Positions 38,353 to 52,014 of a stretch of 64,000 nucleotides of DNA are shown here, piece by piece. The notes beneath the pieces were generated by a model, which was not told the origin of the DNA, did no database searches, and worked only from the letters and a program-made list of their open reading frames with translations. The translations under genes and the position numbers were made by a program. The first letter of the stretch is position 1. Each line of letters opens with the position of its first letter. The stretch comes from Octopus vulgaris. Lineage: Eukaryota. The stretch is from positions 37,448,001 to 37,512,000 of the forward strand of contig OX597815.1 in NCBI GenBank assembly GCA_951406725.2, in the 5' to 3' direction.

Positions 38353-38690
38353 GTGTGTGTGTATGTATACATATAAATTATGAGTTAGAGGTTATGCAAA
38401 CGTCTAAGGATCATGTATGTACGTACGTACGTACGTATGTATGTATGTATGATTGTATGTATATACATACCTATTTGTGTGTGTCTTTGTGTCAGTGTTT
38501 GTCACCCACCACAGCTTGACAACCGGTGTTGGTGTATTTACAGCCCTGTATCTTAACTGTTACTAGGGTTTAGAAATATGTATGTTACTGGGCTTTAAAA
38601 ATATGTCCTGTATTCGATTTTTTCGACTATAGGCGTTCAAGGCGGTGCCCCTGCATAGTTGCAGTCAAATGCCTGAAAGAAGTAAAAGAA
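36930..38690 (+). mobile_element. SINE family B split by a mariner (head 36930-37088, tail ~38480-38690)
   Basis: The SINE B head ends at tata immediately before the mariner TIR. The tail resumes after (TA)n. Confidence 0.75.
37089..38285 (+). mobile_element. Near full-length mariner with disrupted transposase
   Basis: TIRs ttgggtcattctataaat / atttatgggatgacccaa. Peptides MEVTKEHIRHILLY, WVSHK, TGNEKW, EDNALPH and HPLYLPDIALFDYHLF, with frameshifts. Confidence 0.92.
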
Positions 38691-38707
38691 GATAACAGAT
38701 AAACGTC

Positions 38708-39440
38708 AATATTATCCAAACGATGTTAGTATCAATATCACAAGTCACTTAAGGCTTGGGCCCACGTTCATAGGTCCTACACAAAACCCGAGCTTATATC
38801 ACATACCAACATTGTAACAAACATTATTTTTACATTAACAGATCCCACCTCATTTAAGCAGACATAAAGCTCACAATCGTCAAACGCTATCTGGACAAAT
38901 TCCTGTAAAATATATTAGACAAAATATTAGGCGCAAGAGTGGCTGTGTGGTAAGTAGCTTGCTAACCAACTACATGGTTCCGGGTTCAGTCCCACTGCGG
39001 GCCGACCAATGCCTTGTGAGTGGATTTGGTAGACGGAAACTGAAAGAAGCCTGTCGTATATATGTATATATATATATATCTGTGTGTTTGTGTGTCTGTG
39101 TTTGTCCCCCTAGCATTGCTTGACAACCGATGTTGGTGTGTTTACGTCCCCGTCACCTAGCGGTTCGGCAAAAGAGACCGATATAATAAGTACTGGGCTT
39201 ACAAAGAATAAGTCCCGGGGTCGATTTGCTCGACTAAAGGCGGTGCTCCAGCATGGCCGCAGTCAAATGACTGAAACAAGTAAAAGAGTAAGAGAGTAAA
39301 AGAGTAAAAGAGTAAACCATCGACACATTGATATACGTCATCAAACAACAACTCCCTACTCGAATGGGCTATGATTTTCCTAAAAACTTAAAATTTTACT
39401 TCATGTAGTGCTATTAATTTATACACGGCCTAGGCCAATA
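38708..39440 (+). mobile_element. Old CR1-like LINE 3' end interrupted by a SINE B (38929-39315)
   Basis: YPNDVSINITSHLRLGP...YLDKFL*NILDK|PSTH*YTSSNNNSLLEW parallels 32260-32540. The SINE B copy has an internal deletion. Confidence 0.75.
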
Positions 39441-39642
39441 ATGTGTGTGCATTTGTATGTATGCATGAGTTTAGTTTATTTGTATGTATCTATGTATGTA
39501 TGTGTCTGTGTATATGTGTATGTGTCTGTACACGTGGTTGTCAACTTTCTCTTTCTTTATTATTTCGGGGTCGATACAATACAGAGGTCGATTCTTCTCT
39601 TTCTGTCTGTCTGATTAGTCTCTCTTTCTCCCACTATCTCTC

Positions 39643-39644
39643 AT

Positions 39645-39726
<82 letters not shown>

Positions 39727-39844
39727 TTCCTTCCTTCCTTCTTCCTTTCTTTCTTTCCTTCCTTCCTTCCTTCCTTCCTTCCTTTCTTTTTTTCCTTCCT
39801 TCCTTCCTTCCTTCCTCCCTTCCTTTCTTCCTTCCTTCCTTCCT

Positions 39845-39880
<36 letters not shown>

Positions 39881-39969
39881 TCCTTCCTTCCTTCCTTCCT
39901 TCTTCCTTTCTTTCTTTCCTTCCTTCCTTCCTTCCTTCCTTTCCTTCCTTCCTTCCTTCCTTCCTTCCT

Positions 39970-40011
<42 letters not shown>

Positions 40012-40160
40012 TTCCTTCCTTCCTTCCTTCTTCCTTTCCTTCCTTCCTTCCTTCCTTCCTTCCTTCCTTCCTTCCTTCCTTCCTTCCTTCCTTCCTTCCT
40101 TCCTTCCGTCCTTTCTTCCCTTCCTTCCTTCCTTCTTTCTTTCTTTCTTTCTTTCTCTTT
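39643..40160. repeat. (TTTC/TTCC)n polypyrimidine tract
   Basis: Direct inspection. Confidence 0.95.
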
Positions 40161-40546
40161 TTTGTTAGAAATAGGCATTACTTAAGTTGTGGAAAGAGAA
40201 GGCCTCAATAATATCTAAAAATACCAAAAACACGGCATGACACCGTCTCTTCGACTCCACCAAGCATTAAGAGCCTAAGCCAAGGTTTATAAGTCTGACA
40301 ATGTCACTGAAAGACACTGTAATGTACAGAATAGTACTTTTTTTTCTATAATATCTGAAATTCAAGTTAATTGCAAAGATTGCATTTCCTACATAGTGAG
40401 AACGACAGAGAAAGAGAAAGAGTCGGAGAGAACGACAAAGAGAGATAAAGAGAATGAATGGGAGAGAAAGAATAAGAAAGAGAAACAGAGAGAGAAAGAG
40501 GAAGAGAAAAATAAAGAGAAAGAGATAAACAGAAAGAGAGTAAAAG

Positions 40547-40960
40547 AAGGCGCGAGCTGGCAGAAACGTTAGCACGCCGGGCGAAATGCGTAGCTATATT
40601 TCGTCTGCCGTTGCGTTCTGAGTTCAAATTCCGCCGAGGTCGACTTTGCCTTTCATCCTTTCGGGGTAGATTAAATAAGTACCAGTTACGCACTGGGTCG
40701 ATAAAATCGACTTAATCCGTGTGTCTGTCCTTCTTTGTCCTCTCTGTGTTTAGCCCCTTGTGGGTAGTAAAGAAATAGGTATTTTGTATGCCGCTATCTT
40801 CTGAGTTCAAATTCCGCCGAGGTCGACTTTGCCTTTCATCCTTTCGGGGTCGACTAAATAAGTACCAGTTACGCACTGGGGTCGATATAATCGACTTAAT
40901 CCGTGTGTCTGTCCTTGTTTGTCCTCTCTGTGTTTAGCCCCTTGTGGGTAGTAAAGAAAT
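40547..40960 (+). mobile_element. Dimeric SINE family A with a 16-bp TSD
   Basis: One head and two body units. AGAAAGAGAGTAAAAG at 40531-40546 and 40961-40976. Confidence 0.92.
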
Positions 40961-41009
40961 AGAAAGAGAGTAAAAGCGATACTTTATGCTTAGATTGCTC
41001 TTGAGTGAT

Positions 41010-42620
41010 GTCCACAAGGATGCAACATGGTCAGAAACTTCTGTGTCTTAGCATTCGTTATGCTGTATTGACACTGTTAACTATTCAATATACCTTACCC
41101 TTGGCTCAAAAATCATCATGACCTAACCGTGCATTTCTAGTATTACGCTCAACAGATGTAGCCTTGTATGGGGACATATTACATATAACATATATAAAGC
41201 AGCCCTCATCGGCAAACGATAAAAACATAAATGCCTATTACCTTTAAAAATATGGCCTCCATTTACTTAACAACACTGAGTTAAATAATCTACGAATAGA
41301 GATATGAAAAGAAGTATCATATAATAAGGGTACATTAATAGCATATATCAATGATTATGAACCCGACGCTAGTGTGGGAAATAGGGTACCCTACTTAAAA
41401 TTTTCGATAGGATTCGATTACAAGAAGTAAGATTTTGCGTCTCTGGTGTAGATGATAGAACTGAAGTGACAACTAGTCAGTCAACAAAGGGGAATCACTA
41501 TTGCAGTTATTTTCCTATTTAGGTTTTGCTGCCCCACATCTTCCTGGTTTCTGCACATCATATTCTAATCTCAAACTTGAAGTTTGCTTGGACTTGGCCG
41601 CAAATGATACACCTGTTTCAATGATTGCAAAGATTCTGGAACCGAACAAATTCTTAAGCGATGACAAATGAGTAGATTGAACTACGTAGTAGTTTACAAG
41701 AGAGCTCTGGAGGAACTGGATATGACTTACACGGCAATAGATCTCAAATGGGAAAAGCAACGGTTGTTTTGTGAAGTGGGCTACTGTCAGCCCCGACCAG
41801 TTATTCCGAAAGTAACAAAAGCCAGTGAAACACGAGCATCATTAAATCGTTATCACTTTGGATATAAGCCAACATTTTCAAACAATCTACAAACAGGTCA
41901 ATTAATATTTTTGGAGATTGACGACTGTTTCATCTTTTGCTCATAAATTACTGTAACTCTTTAGAGGGTTGATTGCCTTCTGGCAGTAATGACGCCATGG
42001 ATACACCTCCCATAAACGCGTTGTTCTTTAAACTGTAACAACATTAACTAATTCATAAATGGCTGGGCGCCAAAAAAAAAAAAAAAAAATAATAAAAATA
42101 AAATAAAAGAAGGAAACTGTTTGCATCTACAGCATCGATTGGCAGCTGTTGCAAGTGCCTCCAGGAAACAGTCTTCAGAAAGTTCACCATTCTGTAGAAT
42201 TTTAAAATTCTTTGGAACCTTTAGATCTACGCTACACAGACTTCAGCTAAAAGTACACATACGGTTTCTAAGAATGCTGCCGTGTAATAGACACCACTCG
42301 CGGTTATGCAATAGCAGAGAACTGTTGATTAAGAAACTTATTCTAAATTCCATCACCAATACTATTATCACTGGATGCAACAAAATAGAGGATGCACTTA
42401 TATCCAGAATTCCACTTGTCTTAACAAAAGTGTATTTGATTGAAGAGACTTAAGTTTCTAGAACATCGAAATTAGCCATAATATTCAAGAAATTTTCAAT
42501 GCAAACGTTAACAGTTTTTGAGCAGCATATTGAAGGATACTACTTTGCTATTGACTAATTTTAAGTAAGAAGTCATCATTTTGGAACCCCACTTAATATA
42601 TTTGGTAATGACTCTATCGT
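41010..42620 (+). pseudogene. Fossil Helitron RepHel (PIF1-like helicase domain)
   Basis: Frame-broken KRALEELDMT, PVIPKVTKASETRASL, VEF*NSLEP..LHRLQLKV, RLCNSRELLIKKL and IITGCNKIEDALISRIPL. Confidence 0.78.
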
Positions 42621-42664
42621 AAAGCCTGAGGTGTTCAAATGACAAGGTTCAAAATTCTTCCCTA

Positions 42665-43453
42665 ATCTTGGCAAAAGGCCGGGAATTTTGGAGAGAGGGG
42701 GCTAGTCGATTAAATCGACCCAAGCACGCAGCTGGTACTTGATTTATCGACCCCGAAAGGATGAAAGGCAAAGTCAACCTCGGTGGAATTTGAACTCAGA
42801 ACGTAAAGACAGACGAAATATCGCTAAGGAATTCGCCCAGCGTGCTAACGTTTCTTATTTCTTTATTGCCCACAAGGAGCTAAACATAGAGGGGACAAAC
42901 AAGTACAGACAAAGGGATTAATTCGATTAGATCCACCCCAGTGCGTTTGGTACTTAATTTATCGACCCCGAAAGGATGAAAGGCAAAGTCGACCTCGGCG
43001 GAATTTGAACTCAGAACGTAACGGCAGACGAAATACCTATTTCTTTACTACCCTCAATGGGCTAAACACAGAGAGGGAAAACAAGGACAGACAAAGGGAT
43101 TAAGTCGATTACATCGACCCCAGTGCGTAACTTGTACTTAATTTATTGACCCTGAAAGGATGAAAGGCAAAGTCGACCCCGGCGGAATTTGAACTCACAA
43201 CGTAACGGCAGACGAAATACCTATTTCTTTATTACCCAAAAGGTACTAAACATAGAGGGGACAAACAAGGACAGACATAGGTATTAAGTCGCTTATATCG
43301 ACCCCAGTGCGAAACTGGTACTTTATTTATCGACCCCGAAAGAATGAAAGGCAAAGTCGACCTCGGCGGAATTTGAACTCAGAATGTAACGACAGACAAA
43401 ATACCGCCAAGCGTTTCGCCTGGCGTGCTAACGTTTCTCCCAGCTCGTCGCCG
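42665..43453 (-). mobile_element. Tandem array of four SINE family A units
   Basis: atcgacccc/ttgaccc-gaaag.atgaaaggcaaagtc repeats at about 42750, 42961, 43145 and 43330, a period of roughly 180-210 bp. Confidence 0.92.
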
Positions 43454-43659
43454 TTGATAAGGTTCAACATTGTCAAAGCTATGAAGGCACAGCTCTAATA
43501 TCTTATAAGCTGAGACTCATCGCAATTTTTTTTTTTTATTAATTTCTTTCTCTTTGCTTGTATCACAGTTTCAGTATTTGGATATGTACGTTTCCTCTAA
43601 GTATTTTGGTTTCTGCACCTTAAAAGAATGTCTTTACTTCTGTATATATATTTACTTAC

Positions 43660-43900
43660 TATCTTCAATTCGATTTTCTTGCCTGTCCTCACGTATTGTT
43701 ATGAATGCTGTGTAACGATCGAAAAAGTGCGGTTGCGAATACAAGCGGAAGAAAAGGGGTTTCTCCAAAGATCCTTGAAACGGATCCTTGGAGGCACGTT
43801 ATTCGATAGGGTGAGTAACTCGGATAGATAATTCTCCGCATTGAGAGGTCATACATCTCCGGTACGACGGACATGTGGTTAGACTGCAGAGGTGGTGTAT
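43660..43900 (+). mobile_element. RTE-like LINE fragment
   Basis: LTYCYECCVTIEKVRLRIQAEEKGFL..RILGGTLFDRVSNS..LRIERS..GHVVR. Confidence 0.65.
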
Positions 43901-43968
43901 CTGTATTCTTCGGCTGCCCATAGAATTTTAATTGTAAATTTCTGTCTGTCTCTGTCTCTGTCTCTCTC

Positions 43969-44012
<44 letters not shown>

Positions 44013-46252
44013 TAAGCTAACACAAGCAAACGTGTATATTTTACACACTTTCATACTTCGGAAAGGTACATAGCCGTATTATATAGACATCAAACCGACT
44101 ATGCTGACTAGGTTGCTATTGTCACTCTTAAGGTTATTTCTGCAGATTTTTTATAAAATCGAAAATAGGAAATAGGTAATAGGTGTATATATATATTTCA
44201 TGAGTAATTGCTCCTTTATCAGTACCACATCTAACTTAACAACTATCCATAAACAAACTGCTTAAATAGCCACCAAATTTAACTGAGTAATACTATTGCA
44301 TAAAGCAATTTACACATTAAACACATTCCTGCCAACTGCTACGTACATATCGATTGCTGGTAGGGGTACAATATATTTTTATGCAACCATAGTATACTAC
44401 CACTAAATTTAGTGGGTATGTAAGCAATGAATTTGTGGATGATTCATAGGTTGGATGCGTACGAAAGAAGGAGCAATAACGTCTGAAATATGGACGTACA
44501 CCCATGACTTATTATTCTATCTTCGAACGCGTTGTTTATATAAATGTATTCGAATACGAAACATCATAACTTTCATTGTTGGCTCTAAGTTCTAAAAAAA
44601 CGTCTTCTGTAGATATAAGCATAAAAGTCTTTGCCTCGCACTGCTGATGCAAAAATGTAGGACAGGATATTGACTTATAAATCTATAATATACTTGGCAG
44701 AATATTATGTTTGTAAAACGAAATGCAGTGCCCCTACTAGCCATAAATAGATCACTATTGTGTCTTCTTGTATATAAACAATCGGAAGAATGAGAGAAAT
44801 GTATGAGACGAAGAAACATTGCAAGACACTGAAAACAGGAAGATAATGAGATTTAAAAAAAGTGAAAGAACATAGTCGGAAGACTATAGCAGAAAAAAGT
44901 AACCAGGACGAAAAAGAAATGAAAAAGCATGAGAGAGCGATTGTACAGAAAATAATAAAGATGGGCGAACAGAAATAAGATTTCAGAACAGGTGGAAAAA
45001 AACATCTAAGTATAATAATAGTACAAAAAGTGATAAAGAAATATTTCATTTAAAAAAGTGAATAATAGCAAAAGGAATGTATAAGAGAGCGAAAGAAAAC
45101 CAAAAACGAGATCTAAAAATCTGTGGGAAATATATGAAGTACAGTAGCAGCGTATTGTGTTTTAATTATTATGCTAATTAGGATCATGGAAGAGAAAAAG
45201 TGTATCGCCGAACTCTTAGTACAAAACAGATGACGAGTGTGGTGCAAGAAAATTTGATTAAGCACGCGTTGAGTTACCTGAATATATATAACAATTTTCT
45301 CCTGGCATGTTTTAAGAATCAAAACACTTTCTTAAGAAAAAAAAAAGCTTCTGAGGATGCAAATGAGAATTGTATTTTTCATAATACAGCATTTGGAACA
45401 AGTGAAACAAGAGCAACTTGATCGCAGTATTTGGTTATCTTTAGCCGCGCGCGCGCGCGCGCGTGTGTGTGTGAATGAGTGAGTGAGTGCGTGTGTTTGC
45501 ATAGGTAGATTGATAGAAGAACACGCACACTCACGCACGTACATGCACGCACGCACGCACGCACGCACACACACTAACGCACACACACGCACACACACTT
45601 ATATAATCATGATGTCGCAACAAAAACCGTACAAACTCAAAGTTATAACTTTTGAAGCTGTGAGAAAATGTTCATTGATAATAGGTCATATGTCAGGAGC
45701 TTTTTGTATGTTTTAGAATGCATTTGAACTCTATTTTTATGCTGTAATTGATGCTTATGGGTACAAAAGACCCACTTAAGAATACGAAGTGGCAATTATT
45801 ATGGTTAGATAAGATCATGGCAAGCAGGATATTGTTTTGAAGTTCTATTACTGTAGCCTAACATTCGTATACAATTCTTTACAATATAATGTATTTACGA
45901 CAGAAATCATGGCTGCCAATGTGTTACATCACAAGAGGCTAGGGTAATTTCAAGATGCTGGGATAATTTCAAGATGCTGAGATCACTTCAAAACGACTCT
46001 ATTCTCTTTGAATTATTAGGTTTATCGATCGACGATTCGAAGCAATTCCTTTGAGCATCTCCATCACTTCCAAAATCTTTTTTCCTCGAATTTGAAGATT
46101 TATATGCCACCAATACTAAGAGAGGATATGGTACATCAAAATGCTTCAAAAACGACTGTGTTCAAAAACCTATATACATTTACGAGGATGAGTTAACACT
46201 GGAAAAGATCTCATAGAACTCCCATCAAACTTTACACGTGACCTGTGATATA

Positions 46253-46486
46253 TATTTGTTTACTACCCACAAGGGGCTAAACATAGAGGGGACAAACAAG
46301 GACAGACAAAGGAATTAAGTCGATTACATCGACCCCAGTGCGAAACTGGTACTTAATTTATCGACCCCGAAAGGATGAAAGGCAAAGTCGACCTCGGCGG
46401 AATTTGAACTCAGAGCGTAACGGCAGACGAAATACGGCTACGCATTTCTCCCGGTGTGCTAACGTGTCTGCCAGCTCGCCGCCTTT
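46253..46486 (-). mobile_element. SINE family A monomer with a 15-bp TSD
   Basis: GTGACCTGTGATATA at 46238-46252 and GTGACTTGTGATATA at 46487-46501. Confidence 0.92.
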
Positions 46487-47948
46487 GTGACTTGTGATAT
46501 AAGAGAAGAGAAACCACTCTGCTTTATGTTAGTAAATATGAACGTCCTGATATTTTACTTGCAATATTAAATGGAACTTTTTCTAAGACGTTAAACACTC
46601 ACAGGCATGAACTAGTTGCAAAGGTTTAACATTTCGAGGTTTTCAAATTGACGGAGCTTATTTATAAGCCAAAGATATTTCGACCGGTACGTTACCACCT
46701 GTATACAACCTGAAGGCAAAAAGTAGTCTGACTCACCGACATTTTAGAATCTGGCTTTTGCAAAAAATTAATTTTAATGTGATTGATTTTCATGAATCAA
46801 CAGAAATTGCAAATCCCGCAAAGACAAAATATTTTGTAGCTCATCTGATTATTTCAAACACAAATGCATTTTGCATGAAAGACGAAAAATGTACAAAACA
46901 TCCTAAGAATTACATTAAAGAAGTATCACTTGGTGAATATGGATAATTATCATATAAAAAAAAGAGGCACCACGTGATGTTAACTTTGATACATGCAACT
47001 GGCAATCAATGGTCAGTACAGTGTTACTCACTTTTAAATAAATCATTTCTTTGTGTGACTATTGGTAAGAAAGTGAAGACGAATGACTTAGGATACCGGG
47101 TTCAATATCGTGAGGTCGTGAGTTTGAACAAGACACTATATTTTCATTCCCCTGACAGGATCTCCCTGAAAAATTTGCTAATGGTGCGTGTGTCTGTGGA
47201 GTGTTCAGCCACTTGCACATTAATTTCACGATCAATAAGTTCCATTGATCGTGAAATTAATGTGTAACGGATCAACTGGTACACACATATGTTGAAACCG
47301 ACGAAATGCCTTTTTTTATCTTTTGGTAATAAAGAAGAGGTGCTCATCTCGAGATTAAGTTTAGCACTCAGTACTATAAATTTTCCCTTGTCGAAATAAG
47401 GAGAACATGATGTTCACTTAAAAGCACGCATTAACCATTCAGTAACCATTAGCAAATCACAAATTCACTCTTTTTCTTACCTTGGCGTGAACCTGCTTTC
47501 TACAATTTTTCGCCCATGTTGGACACTATTTTCCCTCTCCTGTCTTTATTGTGGCCTTCACCTTCATTTGCGCATGTTGGACTAGATTTCCCGTCTTCAA
47601 TGTTCTATTATTTCTTTTTAATCAGTTGAATAACAAAATAAAAATAGTTTTAAACTACTCACTAATTTAGTACAACAAAAGAAATTTTGCTGCGAGCAAA
47701 ACACTTCGAAACAGAATTATAAAATTAAATATTACTTGCAAAACTTGTAGATATTTGGCTTTGTTGTACAATCACTTTCGTATAATTGGATAAATATTCA
47801 CTTTTGCCAGAAACCGCAGAGCTGCTTTTAGGAAAGAGGAGAACTAATAAAATTAACGTTTGCATTCAATGAGAATGGTAAAAACATTTTATAACACCCA
47901 TGCTTAAATTTTCGTGTTTAAAGAAACAATTTTTATTAAAACATTGGA

Positions 47949-48162
47949 AGGCGGTGAGCTAGTAGAAGTGTTAACACACCGAAAGAAATGCTTCGCGGCA
48001 TTTCTTACGGTTTTACGTTCTGAGAAATTCAGGTTTCAGCAGAGGTCGACTTTACCGTTCATCCGTTTTGGATCTATAAAATAAATACCTGTTGAGCTCT
48101 GGGTCTATGTAAATGATAAACCCCTGGCCACCCCCGCCAAATCTCAAGCCTTGTACCTTTAG
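47949..48162 (+). mobile_element. Old SINE family A copy
   Basis: aggcggtgagct head and gaggtcgactttaccgttcatcc body. Confidence 0.7.
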
Positions 48163-49031
48163 AGTAAAATTATTTAAACATCAATCATATTCACAAGCAT
48201 AAAAATATACGTGACTTCTCTGCTGCCATAATTTCATGCTTCGTTGGTTCTGAAGGTATTGATTAAACTTTGTAGAGATGTATTACAAAAATATCAATAA
48301 TGCAATGGTATCCTAAAGGGGAGAAATAATCGAAATTACAAACTAATTATTCAAGTTAATTTACCAGCAAACCAATCAAAAGAGTTTTGACTCACGTGTG
48401 CCCATTCTCATTTAGGAAGCAAATTCTGCAACTGCTTTCAGAATCATTTTATCTGTTCTTTGTGATATTATTTGTTTCGTTCTTGACCGAAGACATATCT
48501 TTAATCGCTTCTCGCAACAGATGTTGCTGTATTTGTCATCAAAAGTTAACAAATTTTGCATATCCGGTCTGTGATATCAAGCGCTTGCCATCGGCTGTTT
48601 TCTTTTTCAGATGACCTACACTTAAGACTATATCAGATCTCTTTCTTACGCAAACGTCAAACGGAGAAAGATGAGTTATGTCATCGTCATATTTTTTCTG
48701 TTTTACTGTTGTTTTTCTGTTGCGGTGTTCTCATTATAGATCGCCTTTAGAATTAATGAGGCCTCTAACCTTGAGTATGTATTGCAACGTGCTTCATCAA
48801 AGCGTTTGTTGATAAAAGATACCTTTCACTGTATGAACCTCTAGTTCTCTTCGGAAAATGTACCATTCAATGATTCTAGAGCTTTTTTATGCTTCTGCAA
48901 TAACAGAGGTTCTGAGACGAAACAGCAAGTTCCTGTTTTGAACAAAATATCCTCAATGAAAGTTATGAAATGAATTTTCATTTTTCATATCTTTCAAAGA
49001 TGGTTTAGAAATTTTAGGAACATTCTCTCCA

Positions 49032-49278
49032 TTTTACTCTTTTACTCTTTTACTTGTTTCAGTCATTTGACTGCAGCCATGTTGGAGCACCGCCTTTAGT
49101 CGAGCAAATTGACACCAGGACTTATTCTCTGGAAGCCTAGTACTCATTTTATTGGTCTATTTTGCCGAACCGCTAAAATACGGGGACTAAGCATACCAGC
49201 ATCGATTGTCAAGCGATGTTGGGGGGACAAACACAGACACACAAGCATACACACAAACACACACACACACACACACAT

Positions 49279-49367
<89 letters not shown>

Positions 49368-49527
49368 CGACGGGCTTCTTTCAGTTTCCGTCTACCAAGT
49401 CCACTCACAAGACTTTGGTCGGCCCAAAGCTATAGTAGAAGACATTTGCCCAACGTGCCACGCAGTGGGAATGAACCCGGAACCATGTGGTTGGTAAACA
49501 AGCTACTTACCACACAGCCACTCCTGC
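49032..49527 (-). mobile_element. SINE family B, full length
   Basis: Same head, internal (TA)n(TG)n and tail as 33941-34342. Confidence 0.92.
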
Positions 49528-50720
49528 ATTGTTGACATTATTTTCCCTTATTTACAGGGACTTTGGTAAATTGTCTGCGAATACGAGACAGCATTTCGTC
49601 CAAAATCAGCATTTCATCCAAAAATGAAGTAAAATGTTTCGATTTGAGCTTGGCATCTAATTATATGGCTATATAATTCGAAGTGGATTGAATAATTATC
49701 AAGAACTTGCCGACAGTAAGCAGTACATGATGTCTATCTAGTTGCTTTCAAAGTTAAGATAGTGTTATCGGTCAATTCGTTCTCAAACTCTTCTATGTTG
49801 ATCAATCCACGAAATAAATTATTCCCTTTTGGTTAATACTTGATTAGTGTTATTTATTGCATCAAACAGAATAATACATTTTAGTGTAGTTTCACATTCA
49901 GACTTAACGAAATGTGCTTGATAATGTGCTCCTAATGCTGCTACAGGTTTCTTCCAAATATATATCGCTTGCTCTGTCAGACCATATATTTCTACCACTA
50001 CATAACTGTAGACGCAGTTTTTTTTAACACATTCTTAATACTTAAACTACTGAAAGATTTAGTCTGCTAAGCAATAAACATTCATAAATCTCTCATAAGT
50101 CACCAAACGTTTCGTGATCAAATGAATTCGTAATGTAGTGTGGATGCATAGTAATGAACCAAATATAGTTTGTACTTAATTTATTTATGAAGACTCTCAT
50201 AACAAATTCAGCATTTACCAAACAGAACTCATTTCCTATAATTAAATATCGAGGCTCCTGTATGCTTCTGTATTAAATTTATTTAGTCTCCTCAGTACTA
50301 GATTAAGCAAGTTAACTGAATGAACTCAAAAGTAGGGAAATAAATTGCTTTCATAGAAGCTTTTGCTTGCTTGGGTAAAGTAAAGTTCATTGGTGATCGA
50401 CAAATCCATTGGAAATCTCGTTGGGTGGTTGCACTGGTGACCAAAACAAAGAAGTAGAAACTACCACAACAGAAATGACTTTACTAAAACTGTTTGTACA
50501 GGCGATTGCATAGTATGACTTGTTTCAGGAGCCGGGAAAAAATTTATCGATTTTAGTTGAAAAAGTTTTGGCATCGTTTTGTTGCCTGTTTTCGTTGGTC
50601 ATACTTAAAATTGTTTTATATTAGAGTTTTCGACATAAAACAAAAGTATTTTCTTAGCGCACGTTTAAGTATGCGAACTTGACAAATAAAAGATTTTAAC
50701 CTGTTGATATCTATATTATA

Positions 50721-51116
50721 CTAGCAGTATCGCCTGGCGTTGCTCGGGTTTGTAAGGGAAATAACTATATAAGCATTTTTAGAGAGTTATAGCCAAAACT
50801 AGCAAAAAAATGCATTAGAAATGGAAAAAAAATGATGGTAATTTTTTTTTAAAATCGTTGACTCATCGTAGACATTTTTAGAGAGTTACTTCCCTTATAT
50901 AATAGCGAAAAATGCATTAAAATGGAAAAAAATGATGGTAATTTTTTTTTTAAATCGTAGACTCATCGTAGACGCGCGCTAATACCCAGAAGGGCTCGAT
51001 ATGAATCACGACTATAAGATACCCGGTTTTGGTTAAACTGCACCGCAAAATGTGGGAGTAGTTAGGAATCTAAATCGTAGGAGACAGACACACAACTTCA
51101 CTTCTATATATAAAGA
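50721..51116 (-). mobile_element. Non-autonomous Helitron
   Basis: The minus strand starts TC after A and ends CTAG before T, with a subterminal GC hairpin (50733-50748) and an internal ~100-bp tandem duplication. Confidence 0.85.
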
Positions 51117-51169
51117 TATCACACTTACATATTTGATGATGGTGGAGTTTAGAACAAGCTTTTGTATCT

Positions 51170-51191
51170 CTAACCCTAACCCTAACCCTAA
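51170..51191 (-). repeat. Short interstitial (TTAGGG)n
   Basis: ctaaccctaaccctaaccctaa. Confidence 0.85.
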
Positions 51192-52014
51192 TGTGGCCTA
51201 GCCCTAAAAATCCGTCATATCTCTTCGCTTCAATCATAATCAGAACATTCGAACTGAGGTACCTGATATTTAAGTTTCTAAACAATCATATATCATATAC
51301 ACTTGCCAGCTGATACGTTACGTCAAAACAGGATACTCCCGATATTGCTATTTTTGATTACTCTGAACGTAACGTATGTATATTTTTGCAGTGGTTTACA
51401 TTATACCGTTTTAATTAATTCACTGCACATTATTTTGTATGAAGAAACATTTCAGGTTTGATCTGAAAGAGTTAATTGATAGACTAAAATAACAATTTTC
51501 ATAAGAAATACAAATCAACGATTTAGAAAATTCAATTTATTAACTCTTTGTAAAAGAGTAAAATTTGTGAAAACTAGTTTTGTTTTGCTTCAGGAAGAAG
51601 TATTAGGCGGAAGGCGATATCGATACAAGCTGACTAACTTTTTGATTGAAGGCTTCGCGAAGGCAGGCTTGAAAGTGATACCTTGTAGTTCAGCTTCATC
51701 CGCTCGTTGACATCATTTCCTTTCACAACTAATTTTAGATGCTTAGAACAATATTTATAACCAGAACACAGGAACATAGACTCATACTCTATTTATATAT
51801 GTACAGTGATACATAGTCACCCACACATCCCACTGAACAAAAGAGAAAAAAAATTAATTGTTCCTTTGACATTCTTCAGTATATCATCTATTTAAATTCA
51901 TATATTCTCTGAGGTGAAAGAGGACGAGATCTTCAATGACATGTTGTTTTTATAGTTTAAGCATGTATGTTTCTGTGATGTGTATCAGTCGCCTTCTGAT
52001 ATATGCATATATAT

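Noticed and set aside
34729-40178. Poly-I/R/N/K and SFLP/KEGR ORFs
   Set aside because: These are microsatellite artefacts.
51594-51707. Possible host exon after a good splice acceptor (EEVLGGRRYRYKLTNFLIEGFAK)
   Set aside because: No recognisable homology, no strong GT donor and no partner exons were found. RNA-seq would be needed.
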